64,000 nucleotides of DNA from a virus (taxonomy: Duplodnaviria; Caudoviricetes): IMG/VR virus record IMGVR_UViG_3300006133_000005, positions 13,740 to 77,739 of that record. The stretch is one strand, 5' to 3'. A program made the position numbers and the translations under genes. Positions 55,309-63,327 of this stretch are shown piece after piece; within the stretch, counting starts at the first letter, position 1; each line of letters opens with the position of its first letter. Below the pieces are notes generated by a model that saw only the letters and a program-made list of their open reading frames with translations, did no database searches and was not told the DNA's origin.

Positions 55309-55662
55309 TTAACACCGCCTTTTAAATGTTCTGTATATTTTATGCTTCCTCATAAGTCTGTTATACATCAAATAAAATTCGGCGTTATGCATAACACCTT
55401 TAACTCTCTTAAAATCAGGTCTGCTCCACTGCATATGGTGAACCGACTCATGTAAAGCAGTAGAAAAGATTTTTTCATAAGGGTATAAATTAGTCTGATT
55501 GTCGTCCTCATATACAAACACAGTAACTTCTTTAGTGTTAGGGTTATATCTTCCATAATAGGTCTTACTAAAGGGTTTAAGGGTTAATTTAAACCCTTTA
55601 GTATCAATATTAAGTGCTTGTAAATCGGACAGTAACCGACTTTTTAGCAAGTCAATAATCAT
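55309..55662 (-). CDS. SprT/WLM-like zincin metallopeptidase domain protein
   Basis: YYGRY, TALHESVHH (HExxH), HNAEFY. Confidence 0.7.
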   Translation of the reverse strand: MIIDLLKSRLLSDLQALNIDTKGFKLTLKPFSKTYYGRYNPNTKEVTVFVYEDDNQTNLYPYEKIFSTALHESVHHMQWSRPDFKRVKGVMHNAEFYLMYNRLMRKHKIYRTFKRRC

Positions 55663-56747
55663 ACAACTCTCAGCATACTTCCTGCTATCTTTTCAAGCTC
55701 AATACGTCTTTCAAGAGTGTAGTCCTGTGCAACTTCTGTAATAGAGTTTATTACTCCCCAATCAGAGAATCCGTAAACATTATTTGAAAGGTCAATAACT
55801 TTATTTACCCCCTCATTTGAAAGCTTTGTTTTTGCCTTAAGTTTAGTAATAAACTCCTCAAGCATCCTGTCAGTATCAGGTTTTCCAGAGGTGTATTTAG
55901 AACCAAGAATATTGTACTGTAAAGCACACCTCTGAATAATATGCTCATACTCACCTATAAGGTCAGGTAAATACTTCAAAGACGATTTAAGCTCCTCTCT
56001 GAAATCGTCTTTACAGATATTGAGGTGCTTCTGTGTAAACAGATTTGCTTTTCCCTTAGGTATACAAAGACCGTTACTACATACTTGCTTAAAAATAAAG
56101 AAATTCACTGCAAGAGTACTTCTTCCGACATCAGAACTATCAATCTGTATACCTGCAAACAGGTCTTCACCATTAATGTTCATTTTCTCCTGCTGAATAA
56201 GTCTTGCATGAAAACGCTCCTCATTCATAAAAAATGACTTAACTTTAAGTCCAAGACCTCTTGTGGTATCATCAACCACATCTACAATATCAGGTGTATC
56301 AAGTATACTGTATCGATTGCTGAGAACTCCTCTGATTTTGTTTTTATAGATTCTGAGTAACAAGTCCTTACCAAAATCATCAATCCATGTGTTCAAATTA
56401 TTAAGTGCAAGCTCGTCATATCCCCGAACTGCACATGAAGTGAGGTATTTTGCAGGAATACCAAGTTTTGTACAAAGTTGACCAAAAGAAAAGTCAGAAA
56501 GATAGCTACAATCAATTGCTCCGTTATGCATATACTTAGCTTTAAACTTATGCCCCTCAAATATCATTGCAAGATTTTTAAGGCTAACTCTGTTAAGCAT
56601 TACATCACTGCATGAATCCTGTATTCCGTTAGCTATTTCTCTCAACTTCTGTAAACCGTCAGTAGGAATAATATCAAAAGAAGTGATTACCTCCTTTCTG
56701 TCGTCAACATCTTCAAGAACCGTCTTACTTTTACTCAATGTAATCAT
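55659..56747 (-). CDS. DUF932-like family protein
   Basis: RGVLSNRY..LD, F.RL, GI.I.SSDVG.S, ...VCSNGL, H, WGV.N..TE.AQ. Start moved to MITLS (56747); track start 56831. Confidence 0.6.
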   Translation of the reverse strand: MITLSKSKTVLEDVDDRKEVITSFDIIPTDGLQKLREIANGIQDSCSDVMLNRVSLKNLAMIFEGHKFKAKYMHNGAIDCSYLSDFSFGQLCTKLGIPAKYLTSCAVRGYDELALNNLNTWIDDFGKDLLLRIYKNKIRGVLSNRYSILDTPDIVDVVDDTTRGLGLKVKSFFMNEERFHARLIQQEKMNINGEDLFAGIQIDSSDVGRSTLAVNFFIFKQVCSNGLCIPKGKANLFTQKHLNICKDDFREELKSSLKYLPDLIGEYEHIIQRCALQYNILGSKYTSGKPDTDRMLEEFITKLKAKTKLSNEGVNKVIDLSNNVYGFSDWGVINSITEVAQDYTLERRIELEKIAGSMLRVV

Positions 56748-56795
56748 AATATTCTTTCCTTTCTGCTTTATAGCTATTGTCTTAACTACAATAAA

Positions 56796-56824
56796 AGTAT
56801 AACATAAAATAAGGGATAAGTCAA
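56796..56824 (-). promoter_or_regulatory. Sigma-A promoter
   Basis: TTGACT-17-TATACT with a TG extension. Confidence 0.8.
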
Positions 56825-56846
56825 AATTCAACCTATCCCTTATTAG

Positions 56847-57392
56847 TTAAAATTCGTTTACTTTCTTTGTTACTCTTCTTGCAATAACACAAGGTCTATT
56901 GGCATAAAATGTCTCCCTGTACTTCTTCGCCTCCGCAATATTTTCAAAAGCTTGCGGAGTAATCGGAACAAACTCCTCATATGCTTCATTTGTCTGTGTA
57001 GCAGGGTGTTCAACTACTCTTCCAAGTAAATACTGAATAGACCATACGTCTTCATCTTCTTCAAGTGTTTTAAATCCCTCGTAAGGATTATCGGGTCTTG
57101 TCTTAAGTTCGTCAACAAGCTCCTGTGTTGGAGTAAGACTTAAAAGTCCCTTTATTTCTGTTGCGACCTCAAAGCGGTGTACTTGATGTGTTGTGTTATC
57201 CTCTCTTTTAGAGACATCATCAAAGAACTCCTTATAGGGTCTTGCCCATGTATTACCCTTTGATACTGAGGTATAAATTACAAGTGCTTCGTCCTTATTA
57301 GACTCAAGTATTGCAATCTTATTGACAACATAATAGTCTCCCTTAAAATGTCTATACAGTCCACCTACTAAAACAATATTCTGGTTTTCCAT
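56847..57392 (-). CDS. DUF1653-domain protein
   Basis: GGLYRHFKG..Y.V..IA......LVIY......WARPY.EF. Start moved to MENQN after AAGGAGG (track start 57467). Confidence 0.75.
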   Translation of the reverse strand: MENQNIVLVGGLYRHFKGDYYVVNKIAILESNKDEALVIYTSVSKGNTWARPYKEFFDDVSKREDNTTHQVHRFEVATEIKGLLSLTPTQELVDELKTRPDNPYEGFKTLEEDEDVWSIQYLLGRVVEHPATQTNEAYEEFVPITPQAFENIAEAKKYRETFYANRPCVIARRVTKKVNEF

Positions 57393-57408
57393 TTGTCTTA
57401 CTTCCTCC

Positions 57409-58053
57409 TTAATAGAAAAAATTCCAAGTTCCGTCACCCTCAAAATACAGGTAACTTCCAAACTCATCTGAATGGCTAAAATAGTAGTCCACTGCTTGAA
57501 TTACACTATCAGTGACCTGATAAGTATAAGATTCACTGGGTATGTAACCTGAGAACTGGTCAGGTTGTGTAAGTACCTCATAAATTGTATTAGGGAAGTC
57601 ACTTGAATTTACCCTGTTCATGACTACACTTACTATCTTTGCTTTTTCTTCAACAGAAACATAGTCACTACCATATTCTCTACCTACAAGGTTACACAAC
57701 ATTACCCTCTCTAATTCAGAAATACAATAATCTGTTACCTCATATGGAATTTCTTCTTCCTCCGCACACTCTGTAACAGACTCATAAATAACTTCTGAGG
57801 GACTTTCCAATGTCTCTGGTATAGTTTCAGTAATAACAGTCGTAACCTCTGTTGTAGAGGACGTGAGAGTGGTTTCCGTTGATGTTGTAGTTATGATTGT
57901 ATCATCTACAGTCTCGTGCACAGCAGATTTTGTTGCAAATTCTGTCACCTTTGTGTCATCACTAACAGTATTGGTCTGTTCGTTATTAGCTGAACAGACC
58001 AAATAAAGTAAAACCTGCATAGACATAAAAAATAAAATAAGTTTAATCTTCAT
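57409..58053 (-). CDS. Secreted SleB/CwlJ-like cell wall hydrolase (Hydrolase_2)
   Basis: Signal peptide, Thr/Glu-rich linker, LVGRE (catalytic Glu), V..V.MNRV.S..FPNTI.EV..Q..QF. Confidence 0.82.
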   Translation of the reverse strand: MKIKLILFFMSMQVLLYLVCSANNEQTNTVSDDTKVTEFATKSAVHETVDDTIITTTSTETTLTSSTTEVTTVITETIPETLESPSEVIYESVTECAEEEEIPYEVTDYCISELERVMLCNLVGREYGSDYVSVEEKAKIVSVVMNRVNSSDFPNTIYEVLTQPDQFSGYIPSESYTYQVTDSVIQAVDYYFSHSDEFGSYLYFEGDGTWNFFY

Positions 58054-58148
58054 TAATTACCTCCAATTGTCTTTTAACTTTGCGGTCAGCAAATATACTA
58101 TAGCACACTTTGGAAAATAATGCAAATAACCCTGTAACTTAGAAATAA

Positions 58149-58235
58149 TGGTGCTACTAACCAGACTTGAACTGGTATGGTATTACTACCGAGGGATTTT
58201 AAGTCCCTTGTGTCTGCCTATTCCACCATAGTAGC
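58149..58235 (-). tRNA. tRNA-Leu (anticodon UAA), CCA encoded
   Basis: Acceptor GCTACTA/TAGTAGC-A-CCA; anticodon arm AGGGA-CTTAAAA-TCCCT; long variable arm; T-loop GTTCAAGT. Confidence 0.93.
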
Positions 58236-58265
58236 CTTGTACTTCTGTAGAAACTGTCAAACTTC

Positions 58266-58313
58266 AAAAAAAAACAATTTGCCTGTCATTATGGGGGGGG
58301 AAATGACAGGCAA
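58266..58313 (-). terminator. Intrinsic terminator ending the ncRNA transcript
   Basis: TTGCCTGTCATT/AATGACAGGCAA 12-bp stem, poly-C loop, then a long T run. Confidence 0.8.
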
Positions 58314-58583
58314 TAAGTCCAAAGATAATATAACCAACAGTAAAATGTTTATAGTCTTTGTTTCTCCGTACATACTGTGCCAACACCAAGTAAAGAGAAA
58401 GAAAGGAGTGGTGCTCTTCTGGAAAATAACAAAACCAAAAGAACTAAGATTACCACCTAAAAGGTGAGAACTTGACCTGTCTTCATATACAGGTCTAACG
58501 GACAAGGAACTAATCCCTTAATTGTCATTCTTCGTGAGGCTTTGTCCGTCTACTCTCACATCAGCAAGGAGCTACCTTGCAAC
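58314..58583 (-). ncRNA. Putative structured ncRNA of unknown family
   Basis: Nested stems GTGAGA/TCTCAC, GACGGACAA/TTGTCCGTT and GACCTGT/ACAGGTC; a hairpin CACCA/TGGTG exposing a CU-rich loop; lies between a promoter-driven tRNA-like gene and a terminator. Confidence 0.55.
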
Positions 58584-58658
58584 TGGTGGGAGATACAAGA
58601 TTTGAACTTGTACACATCTATCACATCAAGACCCTCTCGCCAATTAAGTTAATCTCCC
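58584..58658 (-). tRNA. Degenerate tRNA / tRNA-like element (anticodon ambiguous, UGU or GUG)
   Basis: Perfect acceptor GGGAGAT/ATCTCCC-A-CCA and T-arm ACAAG-TTCAAAT-CTTGT; D-loop AATTGG; only a 3-bp anticodon stem around TGATGTGAT. Confidence 0.7.
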
Positions 58659-58735
58659 ATATAGGGAGCAAATTTTTAATTGCTCCCTGACAGCAAAGTT
58701 AAGTTGAATCATGTGTGGATTTATTCAACACTGAC

Positions 58736-58764
58736 ATTATAGCACATAAAATTTAGTTAGTCAA
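58736..58764 (-). promoter_or_regulatory. Sigma-A promoter of the RNA operon
   Basis: TTGACT-17-TATAAT with a TG extension. Confidence 0.85.
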
Positions 58765-59045
58765 GTCCTTGGGCATTTTAAAGGGACTTTAGTAGAACAC
58801 TTTAGTCTGCAAGGCTTTCTGTGCATCACTTTCTCCTCTGAAACTTCTGGCATTGAGACTATCCTCTCAGCACACTCGTTACTCAGCTCTTTCCAAATCT
58901 CAGTCAAAACTCTTTTGACATCTGGAAGTTCAGAAAATGCACCAATCATCTCATTCACCACATCTCTGTACTCCCGAACTCTTTTATCCTCAAGATTTGA
59001 AAAATCAGGTTTTCCTTTTTCTGGAAAACGTCTCAAAACACTCAC
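58761..59045 (-). CDS. Hypothetical protein
   Basis: GGAG RBS; coupled to the upstream ORF. Confidence 0.55.
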   Translation of the reverse strand: MSVLRRFPEKGKPDFSNLEDKRVREYRDVVNEMIGAFSELPDVKRVLTEIWKELSNECAERIVSMPEVSEEKVMHRKPCRLKCSTKVPLKCPRT

Positions 59046-59362
59046 CTCCGAATCTCAGGAAACCACTTCTTCAACTTCTCAATCACTTTTGAAACGACAA
59101 CTCCAATGTCGTCACTCATTGCGATTATCTCATCAAGTTTGTTTCCATTAGTCATTACACATACTCTGAACACTCCGTCATTAAATTTCTCGACAAACAG
59201 TGTGTAAATAGTCTTGTAAATATTATGTCCAACAACTACAACACTCTGACATTCAGTGTCCTCACGCTCTGTCTTCATCAATGGAGAATAATCACATGAA
59301 CCCCAACCGAGGTTGTTTGTAGTGTTATGAATTCTCTTTAATCGAGTCAACAGTTCTTCCAT
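59042..59362 (-). CDS. Hypothetical protein
   Basis: First ORF after the promoter at 59407-59435. Confidence 0.55.
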   Translation of the reverse strand: MEELLTRLKRIHNTTNNLGWGSCDYSPLMKTEREDTECQSVVVVGHNIYKTIYTLFVEKFNDGVFRVCVMTNGNKLDEIIAMSDDIGVVVSKVIEKLKKWFPEIRR

Positions 59363-59406
59363 TGCTCTTAAGTCCTTTCAATCAAATTTACTCTTTCACT
59401 GTCACG

Positions 59407-59435
59407 AGTATATCACATTTTCAAATTTCTGTCAA
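59407..59435 (-). promoter_or_regulatory. Sigma-A promoter
   Basis: TTGACA-17-TATACT with a TG extension. Confidence 0.8.
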
Positions 59436-59451
59436 ATCTCAAAATTTGACC

Positions 59452-59645
59452 CATAACGTAGCTAATATATATATATATAATTACATAGCTAATTAAATTA
59501 CGCACATGATTCAATTACGTACCTAATTTATTATCTGCGTAATTATAATATATATATAATATAAAATAAAATAATAAATACAAGTATTTATTAAATTCAT
59601 ACAATATACTTCGTATATTGTATTCATGCCGACACGGGGTCGGCA
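59452..59645. repeat. AT-rich element, copy 2, with three consecutive hairpins (origin-like)
   Basis: (AT)n runs; motifs shared with 23091-23197; hairpins AATAAATAC/GTATTTATT, ATACAATATAC/GTATATTGTAT and TGCCGAC/GTCGGCA. Confidence 0.55.
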
Positions 59646-60397
59646 AACACCCATTTTACGTTATTTACAAATAAATTCATTATTCATTCCATTTAGTGCT
59701 TTATGTGATTTAGGAGCTTACTAAGTCCTTGGTAATGAATTATGAATTTAACAGAAAATATACTCCATATGACCTGATTTTAGAGATTGACCAGAAATTT
59801 TTAACCACTGTTTTAAGTCCTTTATGACTGTCAAAATGTGTTGCTCACCACTATGTTTTAGCTGGTGTAACTACATGACTGAGGTTACAAAACTGCACAC
59901 TATTACCTAAAAAATTTCTCCACTAATAAGGTGTCTGATGCGTGTGTAGAAAAATGAGAGTCAATTTAAGGGTGGGGTATTTTTAGGGTATAGGTCGAGT
60001 CTTCTCAAAAATTTTTGTGACCAATCCTAAACTTGATTTAAAATTAGATTAAAAATTTATTTACTATAAATAAATTTAATTGAGTTGAAGCACATAGTCA
60101 ATCACTATGTATTATAGTATGTGTATACTGTATGTGCATACATACTATAGTACATGGTGTATATATATAGGCTATGTATATGAATAATGAAATAAAATAA
60201 TAGCTATAATATGTAGCATACAGTATACTGGCGGCATATGTACTGTAATAGGGAGGTATTTATATACACTTTACCCTTGAAGTATCACCAATCTCAGAGC
60301 GAGATATGGCATATTCCGACCTATAGGGGTAGTTTTATATGTACCATGCCTATATAAGGGGTATATGTCCTAACCTCGCTCACTCAATTTTTAGGGG

Positions 60398-60769
60398 TCA
60401 GTCCTTAAAATCCTCAAAAAGTTCTTTTTCGTCACAGGCATCAATAACGTCGCACAGCACCGATTTTAATTCCGGGAGTATGTCAAGGTTAAAATTCACT
60501 CCTTTTTTCGTAAAACCTGAGTAAACTTCAGTGGTGGCATAGTAACGAATATCGACTTTTGGCAGTCCAAGTTCTCCACCCCTCTTCACACTTACAATGA
60601 GTTTTCCGTCTTTATTCAGAGGAATTTCAATCGGTGTGATTTCGTCCTTGTACTCATCAGAGGGGAGGGTATTCTCCGTATGACTTTTTCTTGGATTTTT
60701 TGTTTCCTTGACTTCTTCAACAGGTAAAGAAGTTAACAGTGTTTTTGACCTCTTAGTTAGTAGTTTCAT
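60398..60769 (-). CDS. PC4/YdbC-like ssDNA-binding protein
   Basis: KVDIRYY...FTKKGVNF matches the PC4 VDIR..Y...PTKKG pattern. True start MKLLTK follows the GAGTGAGGT RBS. Confidence 0.65.
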   Translation of the reverse strand: MKLLTKRSKTLLTSLPVEEVKETKNPRKSHTENTLPSDEYKDEITPIEIPLNKDGKLIVSVKRGGELGLPKVDIRYYATTEVYSGFTKKGVNFNLDILPELKSVLCDVIDACDEKELFEDFKD

Positions 60770-60808
60770 AGATATTACCTCACTCAAAAATAAATTTAGT
60801 ACTTAAAA

Positions 60809-60935
60809 ACAAGCACTTATTTAGAGCCACAAGTGAGTGAGGAACTTGTGACCCTCGTATAAATACTTGTTGAGTGTTAAACACTCTATAAGACAGTCCT
60901 CAGTCTTTTTAAGAGGAATGTCCTAACAGTGTTTA
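60809..60935 (-). promoter_or_regulatory. Two tandem ~60-nt irregular stem-loops (variants of the early intergenic motif)
   Basis: TAAACACT...TATAGAGTGTTTA (60878-60935) and ACAAGTATTTAT...ATAAGTGCTTGT (60809-60870). Confidence 0.5.
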
Positions 60936-61002
60936 AGCTTTCGTAATTCAAACTTCCAATCTGAATTTTATCATTTATAAGACCTCTTATGTTTTGTATA
61001 AA

Positions 61003-61275
61003 TCATTCAGCATTGCTTTCCTCACTTTCTGTACAGTCTTTATAACCCAAATCTGTGAAATACTTGCGATAGTCATTGATAGCTCTTATTGTGGAGGAAG
61101 TTTCCCAACCACCGTTATTAATCATAAAGGACTTAGTAACATGGTCTACCGAACATATACAAGTGGAGTAGTAGTAGAAGTTCTCCCATTTAGGGTTAGT
61201 CATAAGAAGCTTCTTACTATGGTTTCCTACTTTTGTTCTTTCACCGCTTATAAGCTGTTCAATTGCTCTTAACAT
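61003..61275 (-). CDS. Early hypothetical protein
   Basis: GAGTGAGGT RBS then MLRAIE (track start 61332). Confidence 0.65.
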   Translation of the reverse strand: MLRAIEQLISGERTKVGNHSKKLLMTNPKWENFYYYSTCICSVDHVTKSFMINNGGWETSSTIRAINDYRKYFTDLGYKDCTESEESNAE

Positions 61276-61310
61276 AAATATTACCTCACTCTTTAAAAAT
61301 ATTAGGAGCT

Positions 61311-61368
61311 TTAGGCACTCCATACAGCACATTGATTGTCTTTCAATGTGCTGTGGTGCAATGTCTAA
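61311..61368 (-). promoter_or_regulatory. Conserved early intergenic RNA stem-loop, copy C
   Basis: TTAGACA-TTGCACCAC-AGCACATTGA...TCAATGTGCTG-TATGGAGTG-CCTAA. Confidence 0.7.
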
Positions 61369-61372
61369 GTAC

Positions 61373-61762
61373 TCATTTTCCGCTGTGGTTAAGTAATCTC
61401 CTTGGTGTATTTGCGAGAAGTGTTACCACCTCCGATAAATCTAAATCTTCTTTGGTGTTTGTTTGCTTGCTTACAAGGTCATTTGCTATTTTCCAATAGT
61501 GGTTAAGGTATCTCTCCTCGTCTTTAAACTTAACATGATAGTGCAGAAGTTTTATTTTCTCTGCAAGCACCTTTCCCATTATTCTAAGTGGGGTTACATC
61601 TCCTGACTGATAAAGAATAGGCGGTGTAGAAGTAAAACCAGTATTCATAAAGTATTCGAGACTACTACCGTCAAGTGATACAAACTTATCACTATTATTC
61701 GGCGCAAAAAGAACTTCAAAAGACCTTTGTAAAATAGGGTGTCTTACAATCATAACTTTCAT
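61373..61762 (-). CDS. Early hypothetical protein
   Basis: GAGTGAGGT RBS then MKVMIV. Confidence 0.65.
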   Translation of the reverse strand: MKVMIVRHPILQRSFEVLFAPNNSDKFVSLDGSSLEYFMNTGFTSTPPILYQSGDVTPLRIMGKVLAEKIKLLHYHVKFKDEERYLNHYWKIANDLVSKQTNTKEDLDLSEVVTLLANTPRRLLNHSGK

Positions 61763-61797
61763 CTTAATTACCTCACTCATTTAATTTTGAGAGTGTT

Positions 61798-61855
61798 TTG
61801 AACACTCCATACAGGTCACAGTCTTTAAGACTATGACTTGCGGTGCAATGTTCAA
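61798..61855 (-). promoter_or_regulatory. Conserved early intergenic RNA stem-loop, copy B
   Basis: TTGAACA-TTGCACCGC-AAGTCA...TGACCTG-TATGGAGTG-TTCAA. Confidence 0.7.
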
Positions 61856-61860
61856 AGGAC

Positions 61861-62271
61861 TTAACCTATACGTCTATAACTACCACTACCTTGTATCTTT
61901 TCAAAGAAACAATACCCAAGTTCTGAATACTCAGGACAAGTAAAGTTGTATGTCCAGCATAGTACCCCATTTTCACTGTCAAGCTTAAAAGGACTACCGT
62001 CAAAGTCTTTAAGTATCACTGTCAGGCATTTCATGTCATCCATTATAGTGTTACAGACAAGTCCTATTGGTCTTGTCACTTTTTCATCACTGTACTGTGT
62101 AGCCATTTTCAGTATTTCAGCACCTGATGTTTCAGTGCATTTCAAGACTTTGCAAATGTAGTCAATCGCATAAGCAAGATTGTCCCTGTCTGTTATTTTG
62201 ACTGGACGTCCCATAAGTGCTATCTCAGCTTTAGCATTAAGAGCTCCTTTTGAAAGCAATTCAGTACTCAT
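61861..62271 (-). CDS. Early hypothetical protein
   Basis: GAGTGAGGT RBS then MSTELL. Confidence 0.65.
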   Translation of the reverse strand: MSTELLSKGALNAKAEIALMGRPVKITDRDNLAYAIDYICKVLKCTETSGAEILKMATQYSDEKVTRPIGLVCNTIMDDMKCLTVILKDFDGSPFKLDSENGVLCWTYNFTCPEYSELGYCFFEKIQGSGSYRRIG

Positions 62272-62304
62272 TTTTATTACCTCACTCAAAATTTATTTGG
62301 AGTA

Positions 62305-62364
62305 TCTAAGCACTCCATACAAGGAGTGACTTTATAAGTCACTCCCTGCGGTGCAGTGTTTAGA
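62305..62364 (-). promoter_or_regulatory. Conserved early intergenic RNA stem-loop, copy A
   Basis: TCTAAACAC-TGCACCGC-AGGGAGTGACTT...AAGTCACTCCTTG-TATGGAGTG-CTTAGA. Confidence 0.7.
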
Positions 62365-62373
62365 GATTACAAG

Positions 62374-63237
62374 TCATTCAGCACTATTCACAAGCTCATA
62401 AAGTTCAAACTCCATTCCGTTTGAAACACGTACTTTGAACTTTTCACCACTGTAAGGGTTTGTATCATCAACGTGTTCAATATCGTCTGGGTTGAACATG
62501 AACATTGCTTCGGTATAAAGTGAGTTCGCCCATATTCTCTTAAGACCATTACAGTAATAGCAAGGTTCGAGAATATCAAGGTCATTTGGGAACTCCTTTA
62601 CAGAATTTGTGTGGTAGTTTTCTGTATAGGAAAACTCCTTTATCTGTCTCTTAGTCCAGTAAGTCACAAAATAAAATTGCTTGCCACTTTCAAGTGCAGT
62701 AGCAATGTCCCCCATAGTCTTGTAATTATCAGGAGCTACACTTAGAGTACCAAGTCCCTCAATTTCAAGTGTTTTCGGGAACATTTTAGCAACTGGAAAG
62801 TTTCCTGCTGTTTGTGGTACTGTCTCAACTTTGTCATCAACAGTCTTTTCAGCTTTTTTTGCAGGACTTACCTTTGGCTTCTTTGCAGTCTTCACCTCGT
62901 TTTCAGTTGGCACAGACTTCTTTTCCTCTGTGGGTTCAGTAATGAGGTCATCTTTAACTACAATTGGTTTTTTAAGTGTCTTTTTTACCTCATTCTCTGT
63001 AGGAGCAGAAACTTCCTCGGACTTAAAATCGTCATCAGTCATTGTGTTAAGAAAGGTCTGTATCTCTTCTACAACTTCAAAGACCTCAGACTTTTTAGAC
63101 TTCTCAGCGTTATCCAATGTGTACTGAACACGTTCCGTGATAGCTGTATCTTTTATGTCTGGCTGTACTGCTTCTAAGAAACGGAGCATATCTGCCTTGC
63201 TGTTCTTCATTGTAACCTTAACATTCTTTGTATTCAT
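62374..63237 (-). CDS. Early hypothetical protein with low-complexity PTENEVK repeat linker
   Basis: GAGGAGG RBS then MNTKNV; two PTENEVK copies (track start 63285). Confidence 0.7.
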   Translation of the reverse strand: MNTKNVKVTMKNSKADMLRFLEAVQPDIKDTAITERVQYTLDNAEKSKKSEVFEVVEEIQTFLNTMTDDDFKSEEVSAPTENEVKKTLKKPIVVKDDLITEPTEEKKSVPTENEVKTAKKPKVSPAKKAEKTVDDKVETVPQTAGNFPVAKMFPKTLEIEGLGTLSVAPDNYKTMGDIATALESGKQFYFVTYWTKRQIKEFSYTENYHTNSVKEFPNDLDILEPCYYCNGLKRIWANSLYTEAMFMFNPDDIEHVDDTNPYSGEKFKVRVSNGMEFELYELVNSAE

Positions 63238-63288
63238 AACGAATACCTCCTCAAATAAATTTGTGGTGTTGGCACACCCTCTCACTAC

Positions 63289-63327
63289 TCAAATTGAGTA
63301 GTAAGTTGTGTTATTGTACAATTTCAT
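63289..63327 (-). CDS. 12-aa leader peptide (uORF) MKLYNNTTYYSI
   Basis: AAAAGGAG RBS 9 nt upstream of ATG; the stop codon sits inside a hairpin and the ORF is enclosed by a 15-bp inverted repeat. Confidence 0.5.
   Translation of the reverse strand: MKLYNNTTYYSI

Noticed and set aside
58257-58505. ORF-track 82-aa ORF / hydrophobic type I toxin
   Set aside because: No RBS, and it runs through the structured RNA and terminator.
58540-58583. Hammerhead ribozyme core (CUGAUG)
   Set aside because: The sequence reads CUGAUGU rather than CUGANGA, and no correctly placed GAAA/stem III was found.
59968-59997. G-quadruplex in the non-coding region
   Set aside because: The fourth G-run has only two Gs, so support is weak.
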